Below, piece after piece: positions 1 through 9,519 of a DNA stretch of 40,564 nucleotides. The translations under genes were made by a program, and so were the position numbers. This stretch comes from Firmicutes bacterium UBA993. Its GTDB lineage: Bacteria; Bacillota; Dethiobacteria; DTU022. Every line of letters begins with the position of its first letter. The first letter of the stretch is position 1. The notes under the pieces are model-generated. The model saw only the letters and a list, made by a program, of their open reading frames with translations. It did no database searches and was not told the origin of the DNA. The DNA is taken from contig DBBD01000054.1 of the NCBI GenBank assembly GCA_002292015.1, positions 1 to 40,564 of the forward strand, in the 5' to 3' direction.

Positions 1-66
1 GTGAAAGGGATATCACGCAGGCCTCCGGAGCCTGAAGTCGGGGTTCGAATCCCTGCGGGCGCACCA
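1..66 (+). tRNA. tRNA-Arg(CCG), 5' end cut by window edge
   Basis: Anticodon stem CAGGC/GCCTG with loop CTCCGGA (CCG at 25-27); T-loop GGTTCGAATCC; encoded CCA at 64-66. Confidence 0.93.
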
Positions 67-74
67 TGGTCGGG

Positions 75-106
75 AGCAACCTGCAATGAGGGTTGCTTTT
101 CTTTAT
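75..106 (+). terminator. Intrinsic terminator after tRNA-Arg
   Basis: AGCAACC...GGTTGCT stem followed by TTTCTTTATT. Confidence 0.7.
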
Positions 107-134
107 TCGCTATGCCGGGGGGATAGCCGCAGAG

Positions 135-1973
135 ATGCCTGCAGTTAAATTTATACCTTATAACAAGACGATCGAGATAAAAACTGGAACCAACCTGCTT
201 ACCGCAGCCGACCAGGGCGGTATTTACCTGGAAGGAGACTGTGCTGGAAAGGGAACCTGCGGCAAATGCCGGGTGCGCGTCGCTGAAGGAGAACGAGAAG
301 TTCCCACTGAGGCCGAGAAAAAGCATCTTTCACAAGCCGAGCTTGATGCCGGCTGGGTTTTAGCCTGCCGGCGCACGGTCAGAGGCAGCTTAACAGTCGA
401 AGTACCGCTGATCAAAGATGCTCACAGCCGTAAAACGTCGCTGGCCGGCGGAGTGGAAATACTGGAGGCCGAACCGGCAATCCAGAAGATCGCCCTGGTT
501 TTAGAGCGCCCTACCGTCGGGGATCAAAAAGCCGACCTGGAACGCTTGCTGGCAGCGACAGGCCACGACCAGCTGCAAATTAGCCTTCGTGAACTAACCG
601 CCTTACCGGCCCTACTCCGCAACAACCGCTATCAGGTGACAGTTACGCATGATCACCACCGCGTCATCTCCCTGGAACCGGGTGATACCAGCGATCAGCT
701 ATTCGGGATCGCTTTCGACATCGGCACCACCACAATAGTCGGCTCGCTGATCGACTTAAGCAACGCTGCTGTTTTGGCTGTGGCAGCTACCACTAATCCT
801 CAGAATATTTACGGCGCCGACGTCATTTCGCGCATCACCCATGCCGCCCGGGTTGAGGATGGCCTCAACCAGCTACAAACCAAAGTAATTGAGGCCGCAA
901 ACCAGATCATCAGGCAGCTGCTGAAGCAAACCGGCGTCGCCCGCGACCGGGTGTACGAGATAACCGCCGTCGGCAACACAACGATGAGCCACCTCTTCAT
1001 GGGTATTGATCCGACTTATCTGGCGCCGGCGCCCTTTATCCCCGCCTATAGCAGGGCACTTGAGGTTGAAGCCACTAAACTGGGCATAAAAATTAACCCG
1101 TCCGGCAGGGTTATTTTTCTTCCCAATGTAGCAGGCTACGTCGGCTCCGATACGGTTGGGGTAATCCTGGCTACCAATATGGATCAACGCCAGGATAACT
1201 GCGCAGCAATCGACATCGGTACCAACGGCGAGCTGGTTCTGGCCGCCGGAGGCCGCCTGATGGCTTGCTCTACCGCCGCCGGTCCCGCTTTTGAAGGAGC
1301 CGAAATTAAGCACGGCATGCGAGCTGCGGCCGGTGCCATTGAAGCGGTGAGTTACAATGACAACAGGCTGGAAATTAAAACGATCGATGACGCACCGGCC
1401 TGCGGTATTTGCGGTTCCGGGTTGATCGATGCTGCCGCAGCGCTGCTGGCAGCAGGCTTAATTGAACCCACCGGCCGCTTCGTCAACCCGGAAGAAAACC
1501 CAGAACGCATTCCGGAACAATTCCGTAACCGGCTGCGACCAAGCCAGGTTGGATACGAATTTATCCTGACCCCAGCCGCCGAATCGGAAACCGGGGAGGA
1601 TCTAGTTCTGACCCAGGGTGATTTGCGCCAACTGCAGCTGGCCAAAGGGGCAATCTATGCCGGATTGATGATCCTGTTAAAAGAAGCTGGTATGAATGCC
1701 GGCGATCTCGACCAGGTTCTGCTGGCTGGAGCTTTCGGTAGCTATGTGCGCAAAAAAAGCGCGTTAGCGATTGGGCTTTTGCCCGCCATTGCGCCGGAAA
1801 GAATAATTGCCGTCGGCAACGCCGCCGGTGATGGATCGCGCCTGGCTCTTGCCTCGCAGACAATACGCAAAAGGGCACTGGAGCTACCGGCAAAGGTAGA
1901 ACATTTGGAACTTTCTACCCGCCCCGATTTTCAGGATATCTTTATCAATGCCCTAAATTTTCAGGGCATCTAG
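135..1973 (+). CDS. ASKHA-domain 2Fe-2S protein, RACo/DUF4445 family (ATP-dependent reductive activator of corrinoid proteins)
   Basis: N-terminal CAGKGTCGKC...LAC 2Fe-2S motif; DIGTTT, YGADVISRI, DIGTNGE, AAGPAFEG, GICGSG, LQLAKGA and GNAAG motifs; start placed at ATG 135 (MPAVKFIP). Confidence 0.9.
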   Translation: MPAVKFIPYNKTIEIKTGTNLLTAADQGGIYLEGDCAGKGTCGKCRVRVAEGEREVPTEAEKKHLSQAELDAGWVLACRRTVRGSLTVEVPLIKDAHSRKTSLAGGVEILEAEPAIQKIALVLERPTVGDQKADLERLLAATGHDQLQISLRELTALPALLRNNRYQVTVTHDHHRVISLEPGDTSDQLFGIAFDIGTTTIVGSLIDLSNAAVLAVAATTNPQNIYGADVISRITHAARVEDGLNQLQTKVIEAANQIIRQLLKQTGVARDRVYEITAVGNTTMSHLFMGIDPTYLAPAPFIPAYSRALEVEATKLGIKINPSGRVIFLPNVAGYVGSDTVGVILATNMDQRQDNCAAIDIGTNGELVLAAGGRLMACSTAAGPAFEGAEIKHGMRAAAGAIEAVSYNDNRLEIKTIDDAPACGICGSGLIDAAAALLAAGLIEPTGRFVNPEENPERIPEQFRNRLRPSQVGYEFILTPAAESETGEDLVLTQGDLRQLQLAKGAIYAGLMILLKEAGMNAGDLDQVLLAGAFGSYVRKKSALAIGLLPAIAPERIIAVGNAAGDGSRLALASQTIRKRALELPAKVEHLELSTRPDFQDIFINALNFQGI

Positions 1974-2006
1974 CACCCACAATTTTGTTACCCATTTTTT
2001 AAGGTG

Positions 2007-2035
2007 TTGCAGGAAATACCAGGCATTTGTAGAAT
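2007..2035 (+). promoter_or_regulatory. Putative sigmaA promoter for CBS-murT-gatD
   Basis: TTGCAG-17 bp-TAGAAT. Confidence 0.5.
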
Positions 2036-2074
2036 GGAGCACGCATGGATATATCTCACTGCAGGAGGTTACTT

Positions 2075-2539
2075 ATGCAAACAGCCAAAGAGATTATGAG
2101 CAAACCGGCCCTCAGCACTCTTAGCACCGAAACGGTGAAATCAGTGCTGGAACTGCTGGCTGAAAAACGAATCAGCGGGATTCCGGTAGTTAATGAAGAG
2201 GAGAAGGTAATCGGTATTATCTCCGACACCGATATTATCCGTTATTCTCATCAACTTAATGTAGTGCCCCTCGCCAACCTATCAGGTTGGATTTCTCCCC
2301 ATACTGATATTTCGGATATGGCCAGCGTGCGTAAGGGTTTTGACCTTTTGCACCGGACCCCCGTCAACCTAGTCATGACAAAAAAAGTATATACGATACA
2401 GGAAGATGCCCCAGTTAGCGAAGTAGCTAAGCTAATGAATCGCCGCAAGATCAACCGGGTACCGGTAGTCGATGCCGAGGGCAAACTGATAGGGATTATC
2501 GCCCGCTCTGATCTGGTTCAGTGCATGGCTAATCTTTAA
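2075..2539 (+). CDS. CBS-domain pair protein
   Basis: ISGIPVVNEEEKVIGIIS and INRVPVVDAEGKLIGIIARSD; AGGAGG RBS before ATG 2075. Confidence 0.88.
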   Translation: MQTAKEIMSKPALSTLSTETVKSVLELLAEKRISGIPVVNEEEKVIGIISDTDIIRYSHQLNVVPLANLSGWISPHTDISDMASVRKGFDLLHRTPVNLVMTKKVYTIQEDAPVSEVAKLMNRRKINRVPVVDAEGKLIGIIARSDLVQCMANL

Positions 2540-2557
2540 TAAACGGGATTGTGATCA

Positions 2558-4009
2558 TTGAACGCAACGCATAAAGAAACAATGAGAACAGGCGGTTTAA
2601 CAAACCGCCTGTTTCAGGTTAAAAAGACCGGCGCCATCATGGTCGGCAAAACGCTGATCGCCGCTACCCGCCTGTTGGGCCGCGGCGGCACAACCCTGCC
2701 GGGAAGAATGGCGATCCGCATCAAAGCGGACCTGACCGAGCATCTTGCCGCTCAACTCAACCAGGGAACCCTGGTCGTAACCGGCACAAATGGTAAAACA
2801 ACTACTACCGCCCTGATCAGGAATATCCTTAAGGCCGCCGGTTACAGCTACATCCATAACCAATCCGGTTCAAACATGTCCTGGGGTGTTGCCTCGGCCC
2901 TGGTTGCTTCGACTTCATGGCGTGGCACCATTAACGCAGATTGGGCCCTGCTGGAAGCTGACGAAGGGGCTTTCCCCAAAATAGTTCAGGACACCTGTCC
3001 TTTCGTCGTTATGGTTACCAATATTTTTCGCGACCAGCTCGACCGTTTCGGTGAAATTGACCGTATTCAGGATGCAATCGACCGCGGCCTGCAGTTACAG
3101 CCGGCCGGAGGTTTTCAGGTTGTCAATGCTGATGATCCATCACTGATCAGCTTAGGCGGTGCGGAAGGTAAAAAGCGTTTGACCTACGGGCTGGAATTAG
3201 ATCTGCCTGAAGATAACTTTAAGAACACCGGCCGCGATACAAAAACATGCCCTCTATGTAAAAAAAAACTGGTCTACAAGCGGATTTACTTTGCTCACCT
3301 CGGCCACTATTACTGTCCCTCCTGCAGTTTCAGGCGTCCACTGCCTGACGTACAGTTAACCGGACTGAAAATAAACGCTGATGGAACAAGCCGGCTAGAA
3401 ATTAAAGCCTCAGGCAGCCAGATCTGTATAAACAGCCCACTGCCGGGAACCTACAATTACTATAACCTGCTAGCAGCCCTGACCTGTGCGCTGGCCCTGC
3501 AGGTTCCCGAGTCAATAGCAGTCGACGCCCTCGAAACTGCCAACCCCTCGTTCGGCAGAATGGAAAACTTTACTGTGGACAACCGGGAGCTGGTGATGGC
3601 CCTGATCAAGAACCCGGTGGGGGCCAATGAAGTGCTGCGCACCATCTTAAACAAAGCAGAAAAGGCTACTCTACTGGTTGCGATCAACGATAAAATTGCC
3701 GACGGCACCGATGTCTCCTGGCTCTGGGATGTTGACTTCGAACAGCTTGCCGCCGGGTCTGATCTGCTAAGCACCACCTTCGCTTCCGGCCTGCGCGCCT
3801 GGGATATGGCTGTGCGCTTCAAATATGCCGGCCTTGATCAACGGCTGATCCAGGTTGATGAAAACAGCGGCAATGCTCTGCGCCGCTCCCTGCAGGCAAC
3901 CCCACCCGGCGGAAAACTTTACATTCTGCCAACCTACACCGCAATGCTTGAAATTCGCCGCCATTTAAACCAGATGGGTTACGGGCGTCCATATTGGGAG
4001 GAGCGTTGA
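2558..4009 (+). CDS. murT: Lipid II isoglutaminyl synthase subunit MurT (Mur ligase + DUF1727)
   Basis: GTNGKTTT, NIFRDQLDRFGE, CPLC/CPSC zinc motif, LIKNPVG, DVSWLWDVDFE, PTYTAM; start uncertain (2558 TTG or 2582 ATG). Confidence 0.9.
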   Translation: MNATHKETMRTGGLTNRLFQVKKTGAIMVGKTLIAATRLLGRGGTTLPGRMAIRIKADLTEHLAAQLNQGTLVVTGTNGKTTTTALIRNILKAAGYSYIHNQSGSNMSWGVASALVASTSWRGTINADWALLEADEGAFPKIVQDTCPFVVMVTNIFRDQLDRFGEIDRIQDAIDRGLQLQPAGGFQVVNADDPSLISLGGAEGKKRLTYGLELDLPEDNFKNTGRDTKTCPLCKKKLVYKRIYFAHLGHYYCPSCSFRRPLPDVQLTGLKINADGTSRLEIKASGSQICINSPLPGTYNYYNLLAALTCALALQVPESIAVDALETANPSFGRMENFTVDNRELVMALIKNPVGANEVLRTILNKAEKATLLVAINDKIADGTDVSWLWDVDFEQLAAGSDLLSTTFASGLRAWDMAVRFKYAGLDQRLIQVDENSGNALRRSLQATPPGGKLYILPTYTAMLEIRRHLNQMGYGRPYWEER

Positions 4010-4773
4010 TGGGCAGACAAATAAATATTTGTCATTTATATCCGGATCAGCTTAACCTCTATGGTGACCGGGGCAATATGCTGGCTTTAAGTTGCCGGGC
4101 CCGGTGGCGCGGGATCGGGCTGCGGATTATCCCGGTTGAACCGGGGGATCAGATCAACTTTGAACAATGCGACCTGCTCTTTATGGGCGGGGGCCAGGAC
4201 AGCGATCAGCTGCTGGTAGCAGCGGATCTAAAAAAACGTCAGGCTGATCTGCGCCGAACCATTGAAGCGGGCATGCCCGTTTTTGCCGTCTGCGGATCGT
4301 ACCAACTGCTGGGAAACTACTATACCGCCGTATCGGGAGAGAAAATCGGCGGCCTTGGGATTCTTGACCTCTACACTGAAGCGGGCGATAAACGGCTGAT
4401 CGGTAACGCAGTTATATCCTGCGGGCTTTGGCAACCGGCCCGGACCCTGGTTGGCTTTGAAAACCATGCCGGTAAAACCTACTGCGGCCCGGGCTTACAA
4501 CCGCTGGGCACCGTGTTAAAAGGATTTGGTAACAACGGCTCGGATCAGAAAGAAGGTGCCGTATACAAAAATGTAATCGGCACCTATCTGCACGGTTCAT
4601 TATTGCCAAAAAATCCCTGGTTGGCTGACCACTTGCTGGTTAAAGCGCTTGAGTACCGCGGCCAGGATAGCTTCCTAAGCGAACTGGACGACACCACCGA
4701 AATCAAGGCACATCACGCAGCTGTCTACCTGGCCCGCTCTTGGCGCCACCGCATGGGCTCAACCCGGGTTTAA
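4009..4773 (+). CDS. gatD: Lipid II isoglutaminyl synthase glutaminase subunit GatD (CobQ-like GATase)
   Basis: LNLYGDRGN, GGGQD, AVCGSYQLLG, GFENHAG, TYLHGSLLPKNP; TGATG overlap with the murT stop. Confidence 0.92.
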   Translation: MGRQINICHLYPDQLNLYGDRGNMLALSCRARWRGIGLRIIPVEPGDQINFEQCDLLFMGGGQDSDQLLVAADLKKRQADLRRTIEAGMPVFAVCGSYQLLGNYYTAVSGEKIGGLGILDLYTEAGDKRLIGNAVISCGLWQPARTLVGFENHAGKTYCGPGLQPLGTVLKGFGNNGSDQKEGAVYKNVIGTYLHGSLLPKNPWLADHLLVKALEYRGQDSFLSELDDTTEIKAHHAAVYLARSWRHRMGSTRV

Positions 4774-4775
4774 AT

Positions 4776-5735
4776 TTACTTTTTCGGTTCAAGCAGATTT
4801 ACAATTTCTGCTGTTTCAAAAAGCCTGGCTACGATGGCATTGATAACTTCGGGAACCTTCGACTCGATCAGGCTTTCCATCACTTCGTCGCTGATAGCGT
4901 CAAATTCCACCACTACCGCTTCCCTGCGGTCAAGCAGCTCGATGATGTGATACCCGAAATCGGTCTTAACCGGGCCGCTGATTTCACCTACGCCCAGGGC
5001 AAAAACTGTTTCTTCAAACTCCTGTACCATTGTTCCCCGGCTGAAAAAGCCCAGGTTGCCGGCATTATCCTTATTTGTCGTGTCGATTGAGAACTCGGAA
5101 GCTAATGTGGCAAAATCAGAGCCGGCTTCGAGCAAGGCCAGTACCTCGTCGGCCGTTTCCCGACTTTCCACCAGGATATGGCGGGCCTCAACCTCTTCCG
5201 GTTGATCAAAGAGTAGCCGGTTATCTTCAAAGTATTGCCGGGCTTCTGCTTCTGTCGGGTTAATCTCGGCCAGGGCCAGTTTGCGCACCAACAGGTTAAG
5301 CCTGGCGTCTGCCCTGAACGCTTCCTCGCTTAAACCGTAAATGGTAAGCGCAGAGAGAAATTGTTCGCGGGAACCGCCAAAACTCTCCATGATGATATTA
5401 TTGATTTCTTCTTCTAACTCCTCTTCCGTTACCTCCAGCCCTAAACGGGCTCCCTCCTGGGCAATCAGTTTTCTGGCAATGAGTTGATCCAGGGCATTCC
5501 GGCCGCCGGTGGCGTACATGGTATCAAAGAGTTCCGCCTTGGTCACCGGTTCGCCATTTACCAGGGCAACCGACTGTTCTTTAGCCGCTCCCCCTCCGCT
5601 TATCTGGAACGCCAGCAAAACGGCGAGGACAATTACCGCCAGTAAAAGGACTGCCGCAACCGGTATCAGCACCTTCGGATCAGAAAGTTTGCGCCAATCT
5701 AAACCTGGCTTTGCTGTTTCATTATCGCTGCTCAA
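4776..5735 (-). CDS. prsA: PrsA-like parvulin peptidyl-prolyl isomerase (foldase)
   Basis: N-terminal TM anchor, ALVNGEPVT, ARHILV, GNLGFF, GPVKTDFGYHII; TTG at 5735 fits RBS GAGGGG (alternative GTG 5744). Confidence 0.8.
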   Translation of the reverse strand: MSSDNETAKPGLDWRKLSDPKVLIPVAAVLLLAVIVLAVLLAFQISGGGAAKEQSVALVNGEPVTKAELFDTMYATGGRNALDQLIARKLIAQEGARLGLEVTEEELEEEINNIIMESFGGSREQFLSALTIYGLSEEAFRADARLNLLVRKLALAEINPTEAEARQYFEDNRLLFDQPEEVEARHILVESRETADEVLALLEAGSDFATLASEFSIDTTNKDNAGNLGFFSRGTMVQEFEETVFALGVGEISGPVKTDFGYHIIELLDRREAVVVEFDAISDEVMESLIESKVPEVINAIVARLFETAEIVNLLEPKK

Positions 5736-5773
5736 AATATACACCCCTCATTGTAGTTATTGATACAAAATAC

Positions 5774-6646
5774 TTACGGTATAATTTTGTTCATTGGGAA
5801 TTCCAGAATACCTTCCGCCCCTGCTTCTTTCAACTCACAAATTAGGGTACGCACCACTTTTTCATCGACAACGCTCTCCACCGCCACCCAGTTGTCGACA
5901 CAGAGGTTTGATATGGTCGGCCGCCTGAGCGCTGGTAAAAGGTTGACTACTTTGGGCAGGTTCTCGCTGTGAACATTCATCTTGAGCATTACTTTCTGCT
6001 CGGCCAGCAAAGCCCCTTTAAGCAGGGTGATCATATTTTCGACCTTCTTCCGCTTCCAGGCGTCATCGGCGCTCTCGCGGTTCATAATCACCCGCGGGGT
6101 AGAAACCAGCAGTGTTTCGATCACCCGCAAATTATTGGCCTTAAGTGAGCGGCCGGTCTCAGTGAGTTCGGCGATTGCATCGGCCAATAGGGGCGGTTTA
6201 ACTTCCGTCGCACCCCATGAGAAATAGACACCGACCTTAACTCCTTTCTCCGCAAAGTAGCGCCGGGTAGTCTCAACCAGCTCGGTGGCAATCCTTTTAC
6301 CCTCAAGGTCTTCTGCTTTCTGAAAGGGCGAATCCTGATGCACGGCCAGCACCAGCCGCACCGGCCTCAAACCGCGTTTGGAATAGTTAAGATCGGCCAA
6401 CTCTACGACATCGGCCGCGGTTTCGGTAATCCAGTCCTTTCCAGTCAGCCCAACATCGAGCACCTGGTCTTCCACGTATTTCGGTATTTCCTGGGCGCGC
6501 ATCAACACACACTCAATTTCTTCGTCATCGATATAGGGATAGTATGAGCGATCGCCGATATGGATGTTATAACCGGCTTTTTTAAACATGTCCAGAGTAG
6601 TATTCTGCAAACTGCCGGCCGGCAGGCCCAGCTTAAGCTTATTCAT
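5774..6646 (-). CDS. hisG: ATP phosphoribosyltransferase, long form
   Basis: LGLPAGSL, RAQEIP, DVGLTGKDW, SWGATEVKPP, ETGRSLKAN, C-terminal PTIS...GAEGILE regulatory domain. Confidence 0.93.
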   Translation of the reverse strand: MNKLKLGLPAGSLQNTTLDMFKKAGYNIHIGDRSYYPYIDDEEIECVLMRAQEIPKYVEDQVLDVGLTGKDWITETAADVVELADLNYSKRGLRPVRLVLAVHQDSPFQKAEDLEGKRIATELVETTRRYFAEKGVKVGVYFSWGATEVKPPLLADAIAELTETGRSLKANNLRVIETLLVSTPRVIMNRESADDAWKRKKVENMITLLKGALLAEQKVMLKMNVHSENLPKVVNLLPALRRPTISNLCVDNWVAVESVVDEKVVRTLICELKEAGAEGILEFPMNKIIP

Positions 6647-6752
6647 CGAATCCGCCCCTTTATTAATCAATGGTATTAAGTTAGCATGTAGCATAAGCGC
6701 TGTCAACGCGCTGCTGAACCGCCGACTGTTAATTCACCTGACAACTACCCAA

Positions 6753-6796
6753 TAAATCCCTCTCCCGGGAAAGGGCCAGGGTGAGGAGAGGATTTA
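6753..6796. repeat. BoxC-like palindromic repeat, copy 1
   Basis: TAAATCCCTCTCCCGGGAAAGGGCCAGGGTGAGGAGAGGATTTA; related to the copies at 18648 and 18721. Confidence 0.6.
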
Positions 6797-6945
6797 ATCC
6801 CCCCTGCCGGTGCCACTCGGTGGCATGACAGTCCTAATTACATTTTCTCCAGTCTCAGTTCAGATGGCAGGACTTGGGACAGGTCTTAAAGAATAAGTTG
6901 CAGCAACCGATCCTAATAACTGTCCTAATTGAAGGAGGCATCATT

Positions 6946-8283
6946 ATGTCCCAAAGCGAAATGAGCCGGGCTAAACGCCACTTAGAAACAACAGCCCGAA
7001 TGAAGGAAATGCTGCCGCGATTTTTTATGCGGATGATGGAAAGACGCTTCAGCAATGAGCCGCTGGCCTGGTGCATGGTCGGCGTGCCGCCGGAACTGCT
7101 GAAAGCCTTCGACCTGCTCTTTGAATGGCCGGAGAACTTCGGAACCATGTGCGCCAGCCGGCTGGTTGCCCCCCGCTTTATCGAAGTGGCTGAGGGCGAT
7201 GGCTATTCGCCGGAACTCTGTTCTTACGTCACTAATACCATGGGTTACTGCAAACTTTTCAAAGAGAAGGGTGAAGCCCCCGAAGAGTCTCCTCTACCCG
7301 GCGGGATGGGCACACCGGCCATGCTGCTCGGCTCCGGCTTTATCTGTGAACCCCGCTGGAAATGGTTCCAGTCGGTAGCAACCCGGTTTTTTGATGTTCC
7401 TGTTTACAGCACAGATCCGCTGGCGCCCCCCTGGGATGTCGACCCCACCGACCCGCGGATCGCCGAGCACTATCTAACCCTGCTTCGTGAAGATTTGGCT
7501 GGACAGATTGAGTTTCTGGAAAAACAAACCGGTAAAAAGCTGGATATCGATGCTTTGCGTGAAATTATGGCTCTGTCGCATCAGGCTCTTGCCTACTGGC
7601 GCGATACCTTAGCCCTGCGCCGGGCAATCCCTTCACCGATGGGCTCTACCGATTACTTCCACGCTATTATTCCTCAGATGTACCTGGTCGGCGACCAGGA
7701 AGCGGTCGACTTCTACCGGGAAATGTATGAAGAGGTAAAAAACCGGGTTGAACGCGGCGTGGGCGTAGTGGAAGAGGAGAAATACCGCTTAATCTGGTTT
7801 GGGCTACCGCCCTGGTTTAATATGGGCATCTTCAATTATCTAGAATCGCATGGCGCGGTATTTGCGTATGAATCCACCTATAATGTTGGCGATTACTTTG
7901 AAGTTGATTTAAGCGATCCGCTTGAAGCGTTGGTCAGGCGTACCTGGCAGCGCGCTCTGAAAATGCATGAATTCGGGGCGGAAGCAATGCCGGAGCTATG
8001 TAACCCCGCTGTTTTTGGTGGTTTTGTAGGCAGCAACCTGCTGGAAGAACTAACCCGCGATTTCAGCCTTACCGGGGCTATGATGCATCTGACCAGATCT
8101 TGCCGGGCGGTATCATTCGGCGAAGTTCACACCCGCAACCGTTTTGCCCAGATCGGCCTTCCGTCGCTAATCTTCGAAAGTGATATGGCTGACCCGCGCC
8201 TCTGGTCTGATGCTCAGATCAAAACCCGGCTCCATGCTTTTCTGGAAACGATGGATAAAGTGCAGAAAGGGGTTAACAAATAA
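6946..8283 (+). CDS. 2-hydroxyacyl-CoA dehydratase / benzoyl-CoA reductase family subunit (HgdA/FldB-like)
   Basis: PENFG, GYSPELCSY, CEPRWKWFQ, EKYRLIW, RSCR, FESDMADPR; AAGGAGG RBS before ATG 6946. Confidence 0.88.
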   Translation: MSQSEMSRAKRHLETTARMKEMLPRFFMRMMERRFSNEPLAWCMVGVPPELLKAFDLLFEWPENFGTMCASRLVAPRFIEVAEGDGYSPELCSYVTNTMGYCKLFKEKGEAPEESPLPGGMGTPAMLLGSGFICEPRWKWFQSVATRFFDVPVYSTDPLAPPWDVDPTDPRIAEHYLTLLREDLAGQIEFLEKQTGKKLDIDALREIMALSHQALAYWRDTLALRRAIPSPMGSTDYFHAIIPQMYLVGDQEAVDFYREMYEEVKNRVERGVGVVEEEKYRLIWFGLPPWFNMGIFNYLESHGAVFAYESTYNVGDYFEVDLSDPLEALVRRTWQRALKMHEFGAEAMPELCNPAVFGGFVGSNLLEELTRDFSLTGAMMHLTRSCRAVSFGEVHTRNRFAQIGLPSLIFESDMADPRLWSDAQIKTRLHAFLETMDKVQKGVNK

Positions 8284-9416
8284 TGCCAGCAGGAAAGAAA
8301 GTAAACACTAAGCAACCCCGGGCCACAAACCTGAACGAAGAAGAGATCCGCCGCATTAAAACGGATACCGGTAAACCGGTAATCGGTTATCTCTGCTGTT
8401 TCGCCCCGCCGGAAATCATCAGTGCTGCCGGCGCGATCCCTTACCGGATCACCGGGTTGCCAGGCGAGGACAACTCCGCTGCCGACGCCTATACCGAGCC
8501 TTATGGCTGCACCTACGTACGTAACATCCTGGCCCGGGCAACCAGGGGTGAGTTTGACTTTATCGACGGACTGGTTATCTCCCATAGCTGTGACATGGTG
8601 CAGCGGCTTTACGGAATCTGGACCTATTACCACCCGCTGCCCTATTCCTACCTCTTCAATGTGCCCCATCAGGTCAGCCCTTGGGCCCAACGCTTTTACA
8701 AACGGGAGCTCGGGTTTTTTAAAGAAAGTCTGGAACAATTCACCGGCCGGGTGGTTTCCCCGGAGGCGCTGGTTGAAGAAATCGGCATATCTAATCAAAG
8801 CCGTACCTTAGTACGCAAACTCTACGAACAGCGCAAGAAACTGCTACCGGGAATCAGCGGTAGCGAAATGCTCAACCTGCTAATGGCTGGCGGTACCCTG
8901 CCGGCAAAGGCATTTCAAGCCAAACTTAAGGAAGCCCTGCTCAAAGCTGAAGCAGCCCATGGCCAGGAATCCGCAAAACCAAGAATCCTGATCTGGGGCA
9001 GTATCATGGACGACAACGCCCTCTTCCGCATGGTTGAAGAGGCCGGGGCGGTTGTGGTTGCCGATGATACTTGCATCGGCTTTCGAGTCTGGGAAAAGGA
9101 TGTGCCCCAAACTGTCGACCCCTACGACGGCTTGACCGAGCACTACTTCGTTAATTTTCAGTGCCCCCGTACCGACCGGGGCCCCGGCAGCAAACGCTTT
9201 GATTACCTGGTGGAAAGAGCACACGAGTATAAGGCAGACGGCATAATCGGTTATGTTATCTCTTTCTGCGATCCGCACAAGCTTGATTACCCTGACTTGC
9301 GCGATTACCTGAAGGCCGAAGGATTGCCGATGCTATTGATCGATGACAACTACAGTTTTGAACCAGCCGGAGCTATTGAAACAAGGCTGCAGGCATTCGT
9401 CGAGATGATCGGATGA
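8283..9416 (+). CDS. 2-hydroxyacyl-CoA dehydratase family subunit (HgdB/FldC-like)
   Basis: IGYLCCFAPPEII, CTYVR, SHSCD, ADDTCIG, FCDPH, TRLQAFVEMI; TAATG coupling to the previous gene. Confidence 0.88.
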   Translation: MPAGKKVNTKQPRATNLNEEEIRRIKTDTGKPVIGYLCCFAPPEIISAAGAIPYRITGLPGEDNSAADAYTEPYGCTYVRNILARATRGEFDFIDGLVISHSCDMVQRLYGIWTYYHPLPYSYLFNVPHQVSPWAQRFYKRELGFFKESLEQFTGRVVSPEALVEEIGISNQSRTLVRKLYEQRKKLLPGISGSEMLNLLMAGGTLPAKAFQAKLKEALLKAEAAHGQESAKPRILIWGSIMDDNALFRMVEEAGAVVVADDTCIGFRVWEKDVPQTVDPYDGLTEHYFVNFQCPRTDRGPGSKRFDYLVERAHEYKADGIIGYVISFCDPHKLDYPDLRDYLKAEGLPMLLIDDNYSFEPAGAIETRLQAFVEMIG

Positions 9417-9519
9417 TATGGGGGTAGTACCGAAACAAGGCCGAAATAAAAACTTGAATCACCGCACTCTTTGTGAGAGAATATCACCACTATTTTTCCC
9501 ATAAAGGTGCGTGAGCATA

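Noticed and set aside
9417-9519. Lysine riboswitch before lysC
   Set aside because: The intergenic region is too short (~100 bp) and lacks the consensus.
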